DNA of 63,906 nt, the filler included, from Octopus bimaculoides (Eukaryota): the NCBI RefSeq assembly GCF_001194135.2. It is 7 parts of 7 records of this genome, joined end to end, with 100 filler letters (N's around TTAATTAATTAA, not from the genome) between each part and the next. Parts side by side here need not be neighbours in the genome. Positions count along the whole stretch, not along the records: positions 29,374 to 52,478 come from NC_068992.1; positions 52,579 to 58,728 come from NC_068988.1; positions 58,829 to 60,202 come from NC_068989.1; positions 60,303 to 62,606 come from NC_069010.1; positions 62,707 to 63,906 come from NW_026387907.1; 2 more parts are not named here. The stretch is one strand, 5' to 3'. The notes beneath the pieces were generated by a model. That model had not been told where the DNA came from and did not search any database. It saw only the letters and a program-made list of their open reading frames with translations. The first letter of the stretch is position 1. Each line of letters opens with the position of its first letter. The translations under genes were made by a program, and so were the position numbers. Positions 51,801 to 63,480 of the stretch are shown piece by piece.

Positions 51801-52029
51801 TACAGTTCTATATTTAAGAGATGAGGAATTATGTACATTATTTACATTATTTACATTTTACAGATATTTCTCCTCATCTTGTTTGTTGTTAACACAACGT
51901 TTCGGCTGATATACCCTCCAGCCTTCATCAGGTGTCTTGGGGAAATTTCGAACCTGGGTTCTCATTCCTAAAGTATTTTCGATGTTATAGTAATAATAAT
52001 AATAAATAGTAAATAATGTAAATAATGTA
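51801..52029 (-). mobile_element. short Penelope-like (PLE) non-autonomous retroelement
   Basis: 10-bp TSD tattgcccaa (51791-51800 and 52030-52039); perfect 21-bp inverted duplication (51834-51854 vs 52009-52029); hammerhead motif inside. Confidence 0.75.
51891..51936 (-). ncRNA. minimal type I hammerhead ribozyme motif
   Basis: gacac-CUGAUGA-a-GGCUG(gagggauau-like 10-nt loop gagggtatat)CAGCC-GAA-ACGU-U-gugtt. Stems I and II pair; stem III is the loopless palindrome ACGU. Confidence 0.7.
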
Positions 52030-52319
52030 TATTGCCCAAGTTACTCCGGAAAAGACTATGACATAACTTCTTTGTTTTCCCGATCTAACTCCATCTGACT
52101 CTCATCCTTTCAGGGCATTGCAGCATTATTTAGATTGGAAAACAGTTTGTCAATTGCGAACGAGTTAAAAATCCTATTGAATAGTCTTTGCTTCTAAACT
52201 TGAAGACTATTGCACCCGAGACATCGGCAATTTGCCAAATAGATCAGTAATGAGGGGAAATATTATATCGATTAAACATACCAATTGAAACCAAAGAAGC
52301 ATTTGTTTCTTTCTCATTC

Positions 52320-52478
52320 TTTTATTCTTTTATTTGTTTCAGTCATTTGACTGTGGCCATGCTGGAGCACCACCTTCAGTTGAACAAATCGACCCCAGAA
52401 CTTATTCTCTGTAAGCCTTGCACTTATTCTATCGGTCTCTTTGCCGAACCGCTGATGTTACGGGGATGCAAACACACC
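52320..52478 (-). mobile_element. SINE family A 3' half
   Basis: ttcagtcatttgactgtggccatgctggagcaccacc...ttctatcggtctctttgccgaaccgc. Confidence 0.9.
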
Positions 52479-52578
52479 NNNNNNNNNNNNNNNNNNNNNN
52501 NNNNNNNNNNNNNNNNNNNNNNTTAATTAATTAANNNNNNNNNNNNNNNNNNNNNNNNNNNNNNNNNNNNNNNNNNNN

Positions 52579-52611
<33 letters not shown>

Positions 52612-52716
52612 CACAGAGAGAGATGGGGTGTGTGTATAACGTTCGAATACACGATATAGATTAACAGAGGAGTGGAACAATTATATACACACAAAGAAAT
52701 ACACGTGTACCTGTAT

Positions 52717-52750
<34 letters not shown>

Positions 52751-53045
52751 CCTCTCTCTCTCTCTCGTTAAAACATATTTCTCAATACATATACACATAC
52801 ATTTATTATACATAAGTCATCATGCGACCACGTATACATATATATACACACTCATTACAAATTTGTATTTAACGCTTTAGTTTTTCGTACACTCCCGCTC
52901 TCGCACGCACACGTTTTAGAACATGGGTTCGGTTTATGGGTGATATGATAAATAAGTGCAATTTTCAAATCCGTGATTTTTGGTTCGATCCTACTGCACA
53001 GCATCTTGGTCAAGCGTTATATATCTTAGCCCAGTTAATTTAAAC

Positions 53046-53366
53046 CAGTGGTTTTCAACCGGGGTCCTTATGGCCCTTTAAGGTCCATATAAGAGTTTTG
53101 GGAGTCCACACAAGAAAATAGTTAATAAGGGATCCACAATAGTATTTTAAGGGCCTGAAAAAAAAATTGCTTTAGATGTATGTATTGGTGTGTATTGCAA
53201 GAAACAGCTAAGTTTCTTTCTGTATGTGTGATAAAAAAAGTATAGGAATTTTGAAAGAAGTTTCTATAAAATTAGTTTTCAAACATCAAATGCTGATGGG
53301 ATCCACCAGAATAAAAGAGTAATCAAGGGGTCCATAGATTAAAAAAAAAACGGTTAAGAACCCCTG
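53046..53366. mobile_element. hAT-type MITE, copy 2, intact ends
   Basis: TIRs cagtggttttcaacc / ggttaagaacccctg; perfect 8-bp TSD atttaaac (53038-53045 and 53367-53374). Confidence 0.9.
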
Positions 53367-53554
53367 ATTTAAACCTTATGAACAAAATTTAGTTAACGGA
53401 AACCCGATAAAAGCGCATCAGATCAAAGGGATTGTTCCTGGTATTGGGTAGTGGAGTTCATCCGTCTACTAGTCTAACATCACGGCCTAAACCTTTGATT
53501 ACTTTGATCAGGCTTTGAGGATAACTTACTGCCACATGCCATCGTAATTTCTGC

Positions 53555-53605
<51 letters not shown>

Positions 53606-54204
53606 AATGACGAAACCTCTACCAATTGATCTGGCTTTCGTATAAATTTCTATCTACTTTCGCCCACTTGTTCGATCATCTGGACAACATACTTGTGTAT
53701 CCTTTACGTAATTTCGTTTTTGTATTTGATTTGCAAGAGTCTCTATGTGAATTCGTGAGTACAAGCCAATACAAATGAATGCAACCGAGTTCGTTCATTG
53801 GCGTAATGTCTCTCCCTAGACACAACAAAACTTCACGTAATTCTTAAGTAGAACTGACGTGACGTTGAGTCTGTTGCAAGAATTTGGTTTGATCTCCGGT
53901 CTGAGGATGGATTCCTGTTTTCTTACCATTATTCTCTGATGCTATGAAACTCGCCTTGTGCGCTGGACTTCATCCTGTTACTAAGCCTTTACATCTTTTG
54001 TTAAAGAACATACGTACATATATAGATACATACGAACGTACATACGTACATACATACGTACGTACATATGTACATATATACGTAGATACATAGATACATA
54101 CTTATATACGTAGATACGTACATACATACGTAGTGCATACGTTCATACATTCGTATGTACATACATACATACATACATACATACATACAATATATATAGG
54201 TGAA

Positions 54205-54370
54205 AATGTGGCTGTGTGGTTAAGAAGGTCGCTTTGCAACCAGGTGGTTTCGGATTTCAGTCCCACTGCGCGGGCGGTACCTTGGTCAAATGTCTTCCAC
54301 TAATTTCTCGAACTGATCAATGCCCTGTGAATGATTTGGTAAACGGAAATTGTACGGAAGCTCGTTCTGT
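54205..54370 (+). mobile_element. SINE family A 5' half
   Basis: gtggctgtgtggttaagaag...ttcagtcccactgcg...aacggaaattg. Confidence 0.8.
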
Positions 54371-54410
54371 GTACGTGTGTGCATGAGTGTGTGTGCATGA
54401 GTGTGTGTGA

Positions 54411-54445
<35 letters not shown>

Positions 54446-55029
54446 GTTCCTCTCTCACNNNNNNNNNNNNNNNNNNNNNNNNNNNNNNNNNNNNNNNNNN
54501 NNNNNNNNNNNNNNNNNNNNNNNNNNNNNNNNNNNNNNNNNNNNNNNNNNNNNNNNNNNNNNNNNNNNNNNNNNNNNNNNNNNNNNNNNNNNNNNNNNNN
54601 NNNNNNNNNNNNNNNNNNNNNNNNNNNNNNNNNNNNNNNNNNNNNNNNNNNNNNNNNNNNNNNNNNNNNNNNNNNNNNNNNNNNNNNNNNNNNNNNNNNN
54701 NNNNNNNNNNNNNNNNNNNNNNNNNNNNNNNNNNNNNNNNNNNNNNNNNNNNNNNNNNNNNNNNNNNNNNNNNNNNNNNNNNNNNNNNNNNNNNNNNNNN
54801 NNNNNNNNNNNNNNNNNNNNNNNNNNNNNNNNNNNNNNNNNNNNNNNNNNNNNNNNNNNNNNNNNNNNNNNNNNNNNNNNNNNNNNNNNNNNNNNNNNNN
54901 NNNNNNNNNNNNCAAACCCGCTCCTCCACTCCCTAGCTAAGCTACTGCGTGTAAATGGAACTCAGTCGGAATCCCCAACCATGAGTTTTCAGTTGTATCT
55001 AGTATCACTATCAGTTTCTCCTGTGCTCC

Positions 55030-55600
55030 CAATCACATCGGACAGCAAGTTGACACCATTGGTTTCTGTTGGCTTCAGTTTTCTCTACATCCGCCCATAC
55101 ACTATTAGCCTTTCGCATCTCAGTTATGAATGCTATGCACCATGTACTTTTCGGTCTCCCTCTCTTTCTTTTCCCCTCTGATGGTATCCATTTGAAAGCT
55201 GTTTTAGAATGGTCGTTGTTCTGGCAACCGAAATATACGACCCGCTTGTTTCAATCTTCGTTCCGTGATGATTTCGCTAAGTGTTCTTGTGTCGGTTGAC
55301 TTTAGACCATCATTGGCTACATAGTCTTGCCAGTACGTTCTCGGAATCCTTCTGAAGCACCTTTGATGGAAGACATCTAGCTTTCTGTCCATTCTTCCAT
55401 ATCTCACTAACATAGAAAACTGTTAGTAGAAGTTGGTTATTGTAGAGCCAGAATTTTGTGTGTAAGCTGATGATATTGGAAGACCAGATAGTACATATTT
55501 TCTGGAACACGACTGCGGCTTTGCCAGTTCCATGTCTCCAGTATGACAGTCTGATATTCGTTGTGGAAGAGCTAACCTGCAGCTCACCTAAGTTGAATGA
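55030..55600 (-). mobile_element. RTE-clade LINE, decayed 3' part
   Basis: IWSSNIISLHTKFWLY, KLDVFHQRCFRRI...WQDYVAN, ITERRLK and WIPSEGKRKRGRPKSTW. Confidence 0.85.
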
Positions 55601-55822
55601 ACAAGAATCACACACGCGTACACGCATGCACACACATTCAAACACACTGGGAGAGAAGAGTTGAGAGAGCAGTTGCATAGCTAGAGTGTGTGCCGCCTGA
55701 GATAACCCCTGAGTTTGTGCCCCATACTCTCCAGACCCACAAGCCTATACAAGCTTATACAGTCCCTTAAAGTAACGCCTATGTTGGACTTCTCACTTCG
55801 TCCCACCACTAGCTACGCTACT

Positions 55823-55855
<33 letters not shown>

Positions 55856-56074
55856 CCATCTACATATTTTGCAATGAGGGACCCTCTTACGAGATGTGTG
55901 ATCTAGCTATAAATGGCGGTTATTTGGAATTACATCATCAAATAAGACATAAGGATTTCAGCCGTTATCTTAACTACAATCCTTTTCTATCTTGGCTACA
56001 AACCCTTTATTTCTCTTTCTATAAAACTGATATGCATCTTGACCAATTTGAGTCTCTTTTATCAGACAAGAGGC

Positions 56075-56196
56075 AATTGGCAGCAAATTGGCGGAATTAG
56101 ATCGTCGGGAAGAATGTTTCATGGTATTTGTTCAGTATCTCTGTGCCCCGAGTTCAAGACCTACTGTGATCAACTTTGCCTTTCATCCTTTCAGGG

Positions 56197-56200
<4 letters not shown>
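56075..56200 (+). mobile_element. SINE family B fragment
   Basis: gagttcaagacc...caactttgcctttcatcctttcaggg. Confidence 0.7.
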
Positions 56201-56232
<32 letters not shown>

Positions 56233-57189
56233 CGGTCCAGGACTGACGGAATTGTAAGAACGCCGGATCGGATTCCTTGCGGTATTTTCCCCGTTTTGGA
56301 CTGCTTGGGTGTTAGATTTAGTCCATTCTCTGANNNNNNNNNNNNNNNNNNNNNNNNNNNNNNNNNNNNNNNNNNNNNNNNNNNNNNNNNNNNNNNNNNN
56401 NNNNNNNNNNNNNNNNNNNNNNNNNNNNNNNNNNNNNNNNNNNNNNNNNNNNNNNNNNNNNNNNNNNNNNNNNNNNNNNNNNNNNNNNNNNNNNNNNNNN
56501 NNNNNNNNNNNNNNNNNNNNNNNNNNNNNNNNNNNNNNNNNNNNNNNNNNNNNNNNNNNNNNNNNNNNNNNNNNNNNNNNNNNNNNNNNNNNNNNNNNNN
56601 NNNNNNNNNNNNNNNNNNNNNNNNNNNNNNNNNNNNNNNNNNNNNNNNNNNNNNNNNNNNNNNNNNNNNNNNNNNNNNNNNNNNNNNNNNNNNNNNNNNN
56701 NNNNNNNNNNNNNNNNNNNNNNNNNNNNNNNNNNNNNNNNNNNNNNNNNNNNNNNNNNNNNNNNNNNNNNNNNNNNNNNNNNNNNNNNNNNNNNNNNNNN
56801 NNNNNNNNNNNNNNNNNNNNNNNNNNNNNNNNNNNNNNNNNNNNNNNNNNNNNNNNNNNNNNNNNNNNNNNNNNNNNNNNNNNNNNNNNNNNNNNNNNNN
56901 NNNNNNNNNNNNNNNNNNNNNNNNNNNNNNNNNNNNNNNNNNNNNNNNNNNNNNNNNNNNNNNNNNNNNNNNNNNNNNNNNNNNNNNNNNNNNNNNNNNN
57001 NNNNNNNNNNNNNNNNNNNNNNNNNNNNNNNNNNNNNNNNNNNNNNNNNNNNNNNNNNNNNNNNNNNNNNNNNNNNNNNNNNNNNNNNNNNNNNNNNNNN
57101 NNNNNNNNNNNNNNNNNNNNNNNNNNNNNNNNNNNNNNNNNNNNNNNNNNNNNNNNNNNNNNNNNNNNNNNNNNNNNNNNNNNNNNNNA

Positions 57190-57798
57190 CCACCGCCATC
57201 GCTATACAACCACCAACGAACTCCATCACTACAATCTACACAATCACCACCACCAACACCACCACTACCACCACCACCATCACCATCACCAGTACCATCA
57301 ACACGACAATCACCACTACCACCACCATCAACGACCTCACCACCATCATCGACTCCACCACCATCACTACCATCGCCACCACCACCACAGTTTCGTCACA
57401 TGATGTCTTCTACACGCCCCCGTAATAGACAAGGGAGCTATCAACACTTAAAGTGAAGTTGTTTCGTTAATATTAAAACAAATGAAGCGTGAGTAATGGA
57501 TTAATTGTGTTTATGTTAAACAAAGTAGCACAATGGGCTTCTTATCTGTTATAATTCCTCTAGGATTACACATAAGACACGCATACATTCAAATTCGCTC
57601 ACTCTCAAACAGGCAAGCACACGTGTAGGTGTTTTTAGTTCTTTCTGGCTTTCGCTTGCAGAAGTTCACATCTCTCTATCTATCAACCTTTTTTCCTTTC
57701 TGTCTTTTTATCTATTTGTCTCTTTACCTGTCTATTTGTCTATTTATTTGTCTGTCTATTTATCTGTGTGTCTGTTTATTTATCTATCAATTTGTATG

Positions 57799-57857
<59 letters not shown>

Positions 57858-57908
57858 ATCCGTCTATTTGTCTATTTATCTGCATGTCTATCTATCTGTC
57901 TGCCTGTT

Positions 57909-57964
<56 letters not shown>

Positions 57965-58070
57965 CTATATATCTTTCTATCCATCTATTTGTCTATCTAT
58001 CTACCTTTCTATCTCTCTATTTGTCTGCCTATCTATTTATCTATCAATCTGTATATCTATCTATCTATTT
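57190..58070. repeat. (CAC/CAT)n block (57190-57390) and (TCTA)n block (57670-58070)
   Basis: Direct reading. Confidence 0.9.
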
Positions 58071-58381
58071 TGGATGCAATGACTACATTGTACTCGTTTC
58101 TTGGGTGTTTTGCAAAGAAATAATGTGGGTTTCTTTCCAACCAACTTCCAAATCTTCACCTTCTCTACCGTCTCCATACATTTAGAGACTCTACGGAACA
58201 ATGACCTTAGATAAATAAGTAAAATAGTATAAACCAGAGCATAAGACAAATGAGGGTATATACACATACACCGAAGAACGACAATTTGATATATCTTTGT
58301 TTAACTGCTAGCTACACAAATATATATATATAGCTAGCTAGCTATACACAAATACATATATAGTTATATATATGTATACAA

Positions 58382-58423
<42 letters not shown>

Positions 58424-58650
58424 GTATAGATAAACAGTCTGACAGTTAGACAGACAGACAGGTATATAGCTAGCTAGCTATATGTCTATCTCTGTCTGTA
58501 CAAGTGTTTATCTACACACATACACATATATGTATGCATGTATGTATGTTTGTATATTTGAGCGAATGTTTTCGTTTCTGTGCATGAGTGTACATGCTTA
58601 AGTATATACATAGATGCAAACACACTCACATACATGGACACACACACACA

Positions 58651-58728
<78 letters not shown>

Positions 58729-59283
58729 NNNNNNNNNNNNNNNNNNNNNNNNNNNNNNNNNNNNNNNNNNNNTTAATTAATTAANNNNNNNNNNNNNNNN
58801 NNNNNNNNNNNNNNNNNNNNNNNNNNNNTATATATACATACACATACATACACACATATATATATTGTTATATTTCGGGACGGTTATTTTTTCTTGCCAA
58901 ATAAATACACGCACTATATATTCATTCTTCATTTGTTATTATTGTTTTTATTTTATGTCCATTGTCTGGACATCTTTCGTTACACATCCTGTGACTTCTT
59001 CAACGTCTCTCCATCCTACGTGTTTCCTCCTGTTCTCTTCAGTCCACTCTGTTTAATCTGCGGGCTTTTTTCTTTTTTTTTTGAACAAATTTTATTCAAC
59101 GTAAACAGTAACAATATTTAACAAAAACATCTTTAAATGACGGTCCGACTGTCTGCCAAGCAAAAGGGAAGCAGTAGTTGAAGTAGATGGTGAATATGCT
59201 CCGGAATAATCATTTCAAGATGTTTTGTTACATGTTGTTATTGTTTTAATTGAATAAAATTTGCTGAAAAGAATCCGCAATAA

Positions 59284-59314
<31 letters not shown>

Positions 59315-59337
59315 ATGTATGTATGTATGTATGTGTG

Positions 59338-59368
<31 letters not shown>

Positions 59369-60050
59369 ACACATGCATGTAGACAGGGAGGGATGGAGAG
59401 AAAACCTTTGAGATTAGAATTATTGGTAGCTTTATCTAGAAACACAATATCTGTGGAAACACTATATCCGTATTTTACTCCCTTCTTTTGAGTGGAGATT
59501 TATTCCAATCGAAATGAAATCTGATATGAGACGAAACACGTTGAGAAATGGCTTTTAAGACGTAAGTGTATGCTGGTTCTACACCTCCGTTTGTATGGCT
59601 TTTATCACCCGTTACACCTTAATAGTATCGCACGATTTTTAATATTTCACAAAGGTGCTGCAACGTGAGATGTTATCGTGTTTGAAATTTTCAATTAAAT
59701 GGTTAATGGTATAATGATCGTCGATGGTGGGAACAAGACCTCGAAACGCGTCAAATTATTAAGAGGCACACACACGTACATACACAATAAATGTAGATGT
59801 AAGAGCATACACATATGTATACGAGTCTTTATTTTGTCTCTCTCTCTCTCTCTCTCTCCTTCTCTCTCTTCCTCCCTCTCTCCTTCTCTCTCTTCCTCCC
59901 CCTCTCTCTCTCTCTTTATATATATATATATATAAAAGATAGATAGACAGAAAGATAGATAAATGGATACAGATATAGATAGATACTCTTAGACTGATAC
60001 ATAGCAATATACATACATACATACATGCATACATACATACATACATACAT

Positions 60051-60081
<31 letters not shown>

Positions 60082-60157
60082 GATATATACATACATACTT
60101 TCATGCATATACATACATGCATACATATATATATATATGCATCTCGCTCTCCCTCTC

Positions 60158-60202
<45 letters not shown>

Positions 60203-60469
60203 NNNNNNNNNNNNNNNNNNNNNNNNNNNNNNNNNNNNNNNNNNNNTTAATTAATTAANNNNNNNNNNNNNNNNNNNNNNNNNNNNNNNNNNNNNNNNNN
60301 NNACGATTCTACCTGCTCAATGCCTTAATAATAATAACAATAATAATAATAATAATAATAAATCCTTTCTACTATAGGCAAGTAGTTTGGAGATCAGGGA
60401 GTCACTCCAGGTCAAGTCTGTACTTCTCACAGCTCTGATCAGAATGGTGTAAGAAAGTATTGCAAGACA

Positions 60470-60650
60470 GATTTTCCGAGCGTGATCATTGCCAGAGCAG
60501 TTGTCTGGCTTCCGTGCCAGTGGCACGTAAATAGCACCATTTGAGCGTGATCGTTACCAGCGTCGCCTTCCTGGCACTTGTGCCGGTGACACGTTAGAAA
60601 ATCATTCGAACGAGGTCGTTGCCAGTGCTACTGGACTGGCTCCTGAGAGT
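60470..60650 (+). mobile_element. SINE-like repeat with internal gtgccNgtggcacgt units (family D)
   Basis: gagcgtgatc...gtgccagtggcacgtaaatagcacc...cgttgccagtgctactggactggctcctg; recognised as a common octopus repeat. Confidence 0.6.
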
Positions 60651-60660
60651 GGCCGTTGTG

Positions 60661-61380
60661 TGGCCGTATCTGATGTCCATGGTAAAAGAGTTAATATACC
60701 AGTATATATTTGGTTTTTTTTATGTTCCAGACACTGTCTCAATATACTAATGCATATTTGTCTTTTATAGTTATCTTCAAGACACCAACTAATCCTTTTA
60801 ACTGGAAAATAAAATTTCATGAGTTTTTCTTTTCTTTTCTTCTTACACTAATGATGTTTAAATATCTACCAAAAAACAGAACTGGTATTTTCTGCAAGTC
60901 ATGATGCCTCAATAAACCCAACCTATCTCAACTGAGAATAATTTAAAACATGACATCCCTCACCAAAAGATAGATTGATATATAAAACCCGCTTTCTGCT
61001 GATAACGCTAATTAAATTTCGAATGGCTGTATCTGATGTCCATGGTAAAAGAGTTAATATACCAATACATATTTGGTTTTGTTATGTTCCGGTCACCATC
61101 TCAATATATACTAACATATATTAGTCTTTTGTTATCTTCAAAAACATCATCTAAACCCTTGAATCGCAAAATTGAATTTCATCATTATTCCTGGAATGAC
61201 ATTTAAATATCTACCAAAGAATAGGATTAGCATTTTCTGCAAGTCATGTTGCATCAATAAACTCAACATATTTCAACCGAGAATAGCTTCAAATGTGACA
61301 TTCCTCAACGAAAGATAGATTGATATATAAAACCGTTTTTTTGCAGTTAATAGTAATGAAATTTTGAGAGGCTGTATCCG
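60661..61380. repeat. tandem repeat of about 345-363-bp unit (two copies plus the start of a third)
   Basis: Units start tggc(c/t)gtatctgatgtccatggtaaaagagttaatatacc at 60661 and 61024; ggctgtatccg recurs at about 61370. Confidence 0.9.
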
Positions 61381-61384
61381 ATTT

Positions 61385-61600
61385 CTACATCATCATCATC
61401 ATCGTTTAACGTCCGCTTTCCATGCTAGCATGGGTTGGACGATTTGACTGAGGACTGGTGAAACCGGATGGCAACACCAAGCTCCAATCTAAATTTGGCA
61501 GAGTTTCTACAGCTGGATGCCCTTCCTAAGGCCAACCACTCAGAGAGTGTAGTGGGTGCTTTTACGTGTCACCCACACGAAGGCCAGTCAGGCGGTACTG
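61385..61600 (-). mobile_element. SINE/LINE-derived 3' end with a (GAT)n tail on the minus strand
   Basis: catcatcatcgtttaacgtccgctttccatgctagcatgggttggacg...ggatgcccttcc. Confidence 0.7.
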
Positions 61601-61879
61601 GAATAATATAGTACAAGGATTGTCTCAAATGGCAAGCAAAGTGTTAAGAGAGATTTCAGCTATTTCTAGTCAGTCGAGCAACTAGCATAGAAGCTCCTGT
61701 GAATCTATGTATCTTAGAGTGTGGCGGACCTGGTACCCCGTGGCTCTTCTATACTGCCCTTCGCCTCAACAACCACCTCATGCACCAGCAGCCCTGCATC
61801 CATCAACACAAAGAGGATCAATCACTAGCTGCAGACTTTCTTCTTGGAGGTGAGTTAATGATGCTGATGGGCCTATGCA

Positions 61880-62025
61880 ACTGGTACTTAATTTATTGAC
61901 CCCGAAAGGATGAAAGGCAAGGTCGACCTTAGTGGAATTTGAACTCAGAATGTAAATCTAAAGACAGACGAAATACCGCTAAGCATTTCGCCCGGCATGC
62001 TAACGTTTCTACCAGCTCACCACCT
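61880..62025 (-). mobile_element. SINE family B
   Basis: gaccccgaaaggatgaaaggcaaggtcgacc...gaaataccgctaagcatttcgcccggc. Confidence 0.9.
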
Positions 62026-62759
62026 TGTGCCTTGGAGGGGGAACTATCTAAGTACAATCCCGTGGTTATTCGTGACTGAAGGGGGTCTTTCTTTACCCTT
62101 TACTTTATGTACATACAATGGTGTGGGAGAGGGGAGACTGGTATGCATGGACGATTGCTGGTCTTCCATAAACAACCCTGCCTGGGCTTGTGCCTTGGAG
62201 AGGAACTTTCTAAGTGCAATCCCATGGACATACGAAAGCTTCATTGACCCTTTAGCTTATTCATTCATATTGTTCTGAATTAATCATGCTTTAATTAATC
62301 ATTAATCTCATAGTTTTGAAACTTCAATGATATGATTGATTATTCTCAGAAATGACATGGTAGGATAGGTAGGAGAGGCTAGACCTGGCCAGTTTGAATA
62401 TAAAACAGATAGAACGTTCGGACATGATATGGCCGGTTTAAATGCTAAAGAGTTTTAAACAAAGCGGCTGGCATATTTCAGTCAACCAAATTTACTCACT
62501 AGACCTTGGGCTATAAGCAAGTTTTGAAACTTCAATGATATGATTGATTATTCTCAGAAATGACATGGTAGGATAGGTAGGAGAGGCTAGACCTGGCCAG
62601 TTTGAANNNNNNNNNNNNNNNNNNNNNNNNNNNNNNNNNNNNNNNNNNNNTTAATTAATTAANNNNNNNNNNNNNNNNNNNNNNNNNNNNNNNNNNNNNN
62701 NNNNNNTGTGCAAAAGCTACCTTTATCAAAGGAAAAATGACAAAAACATCGAATGTTAT

Positions 62760-62978
62760 CTCAAATTTAAAACAAACACATAATTTTCTTATGGTCTCTC
62801 AAACATTCTCTAGAACAACACTATGTACAAATCCAAATATATGGTACCCCAAACATAACACTTACATGAACTTCTAACTTGTTGTCTCTTGAGGTCTCTG
62901 GGTGAGACTTGGATCCAACTTGTACAAATGCAAAGCAAAAGTCAAACATAAAATAATAATAATAATAATGATAATAAC

Positions 62979-63047
<69 letters not shown>
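62760..63047 (+). mobile_element. probable 3' UTR and (TAA)n tail of an R4/Dong-like LINE
   Basis: Unique sequence runs directly into a long (ATA)n array. The family assignment is my recognition of this 3' end and is not verified. Confidence 0.5.
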
Positions 63048-63480
63048 TGGCAAGAAAAACCTCCTAATGGCAAATACCCAAAGAGAGCTAGTAATGCCGA
63101 TGTTGAGAGCTGATAATGACGATGTTAGCCCTTACCCATCAATGGCTAATGGCTGCTTGCTTAAAATCAATCAGAAACAGAGGGGTTTATCATAGCAGCG
63201 CAAGATCAATGCCTACCTACAAGAAACTACCAGACCAACATATTAAAGAACGGCAGCTTCCCAACATGTCGTGTATGTCAACAACAAATTGAAATCATTG
63301 ATCATGTTGTCTCCATGTGCAGTTTTCTTGCGCCTACAGAGTATCTCTACAGGCATGATAGAGCTGCACAATATATTCACAGGATAATTTTCAAAAACCT
63401 GATAAAAAGTGCCCCATGATAAAAACTGGTGGGAACACAAACCACCTCCTGTGCTTGAAAATGATCACATCTCATTCCTC
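63048..63480 (+). mobile_element. R4/Dong-like non-LTR retrotransposon fragment (post-RT region and CCHC knuckle)
   Basis: WQEKPPNGKYP, THQWL, SETEGFIIAAQDQCLPTRNY, CRVCQQQIEIIDHVVSMC, RHDRAAQYIH and WWEHKPPPVLEND. Confidence 0.85.

Larger units (their letters stand above)
51440..52275 (+). mobile_element. mariner transposase relic interrupted by a Penelope-like insertion
   Basis: RIPTADE/KWIIY, WDMDGV, KRPPSVNHKGVLILHDNA, then after the insert PDLTPSDSHPFRALQHYLD and FASKLEDYCTRDIGNLPNR. Confidence 0.85.

Noticed and set aside
53530-53550. 21-nt minus-strand micro-exon
   Set aside because: Its polypyrimidine tract is a (TC)n microsatellite, and all three frames are open and uninformative.
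62311-62606. 87-bp direct repeat (62311-62397 and 62520-62606)
   Set aside because: Identical, and the second copy ends exactly at a gap; probably an assembly echo.
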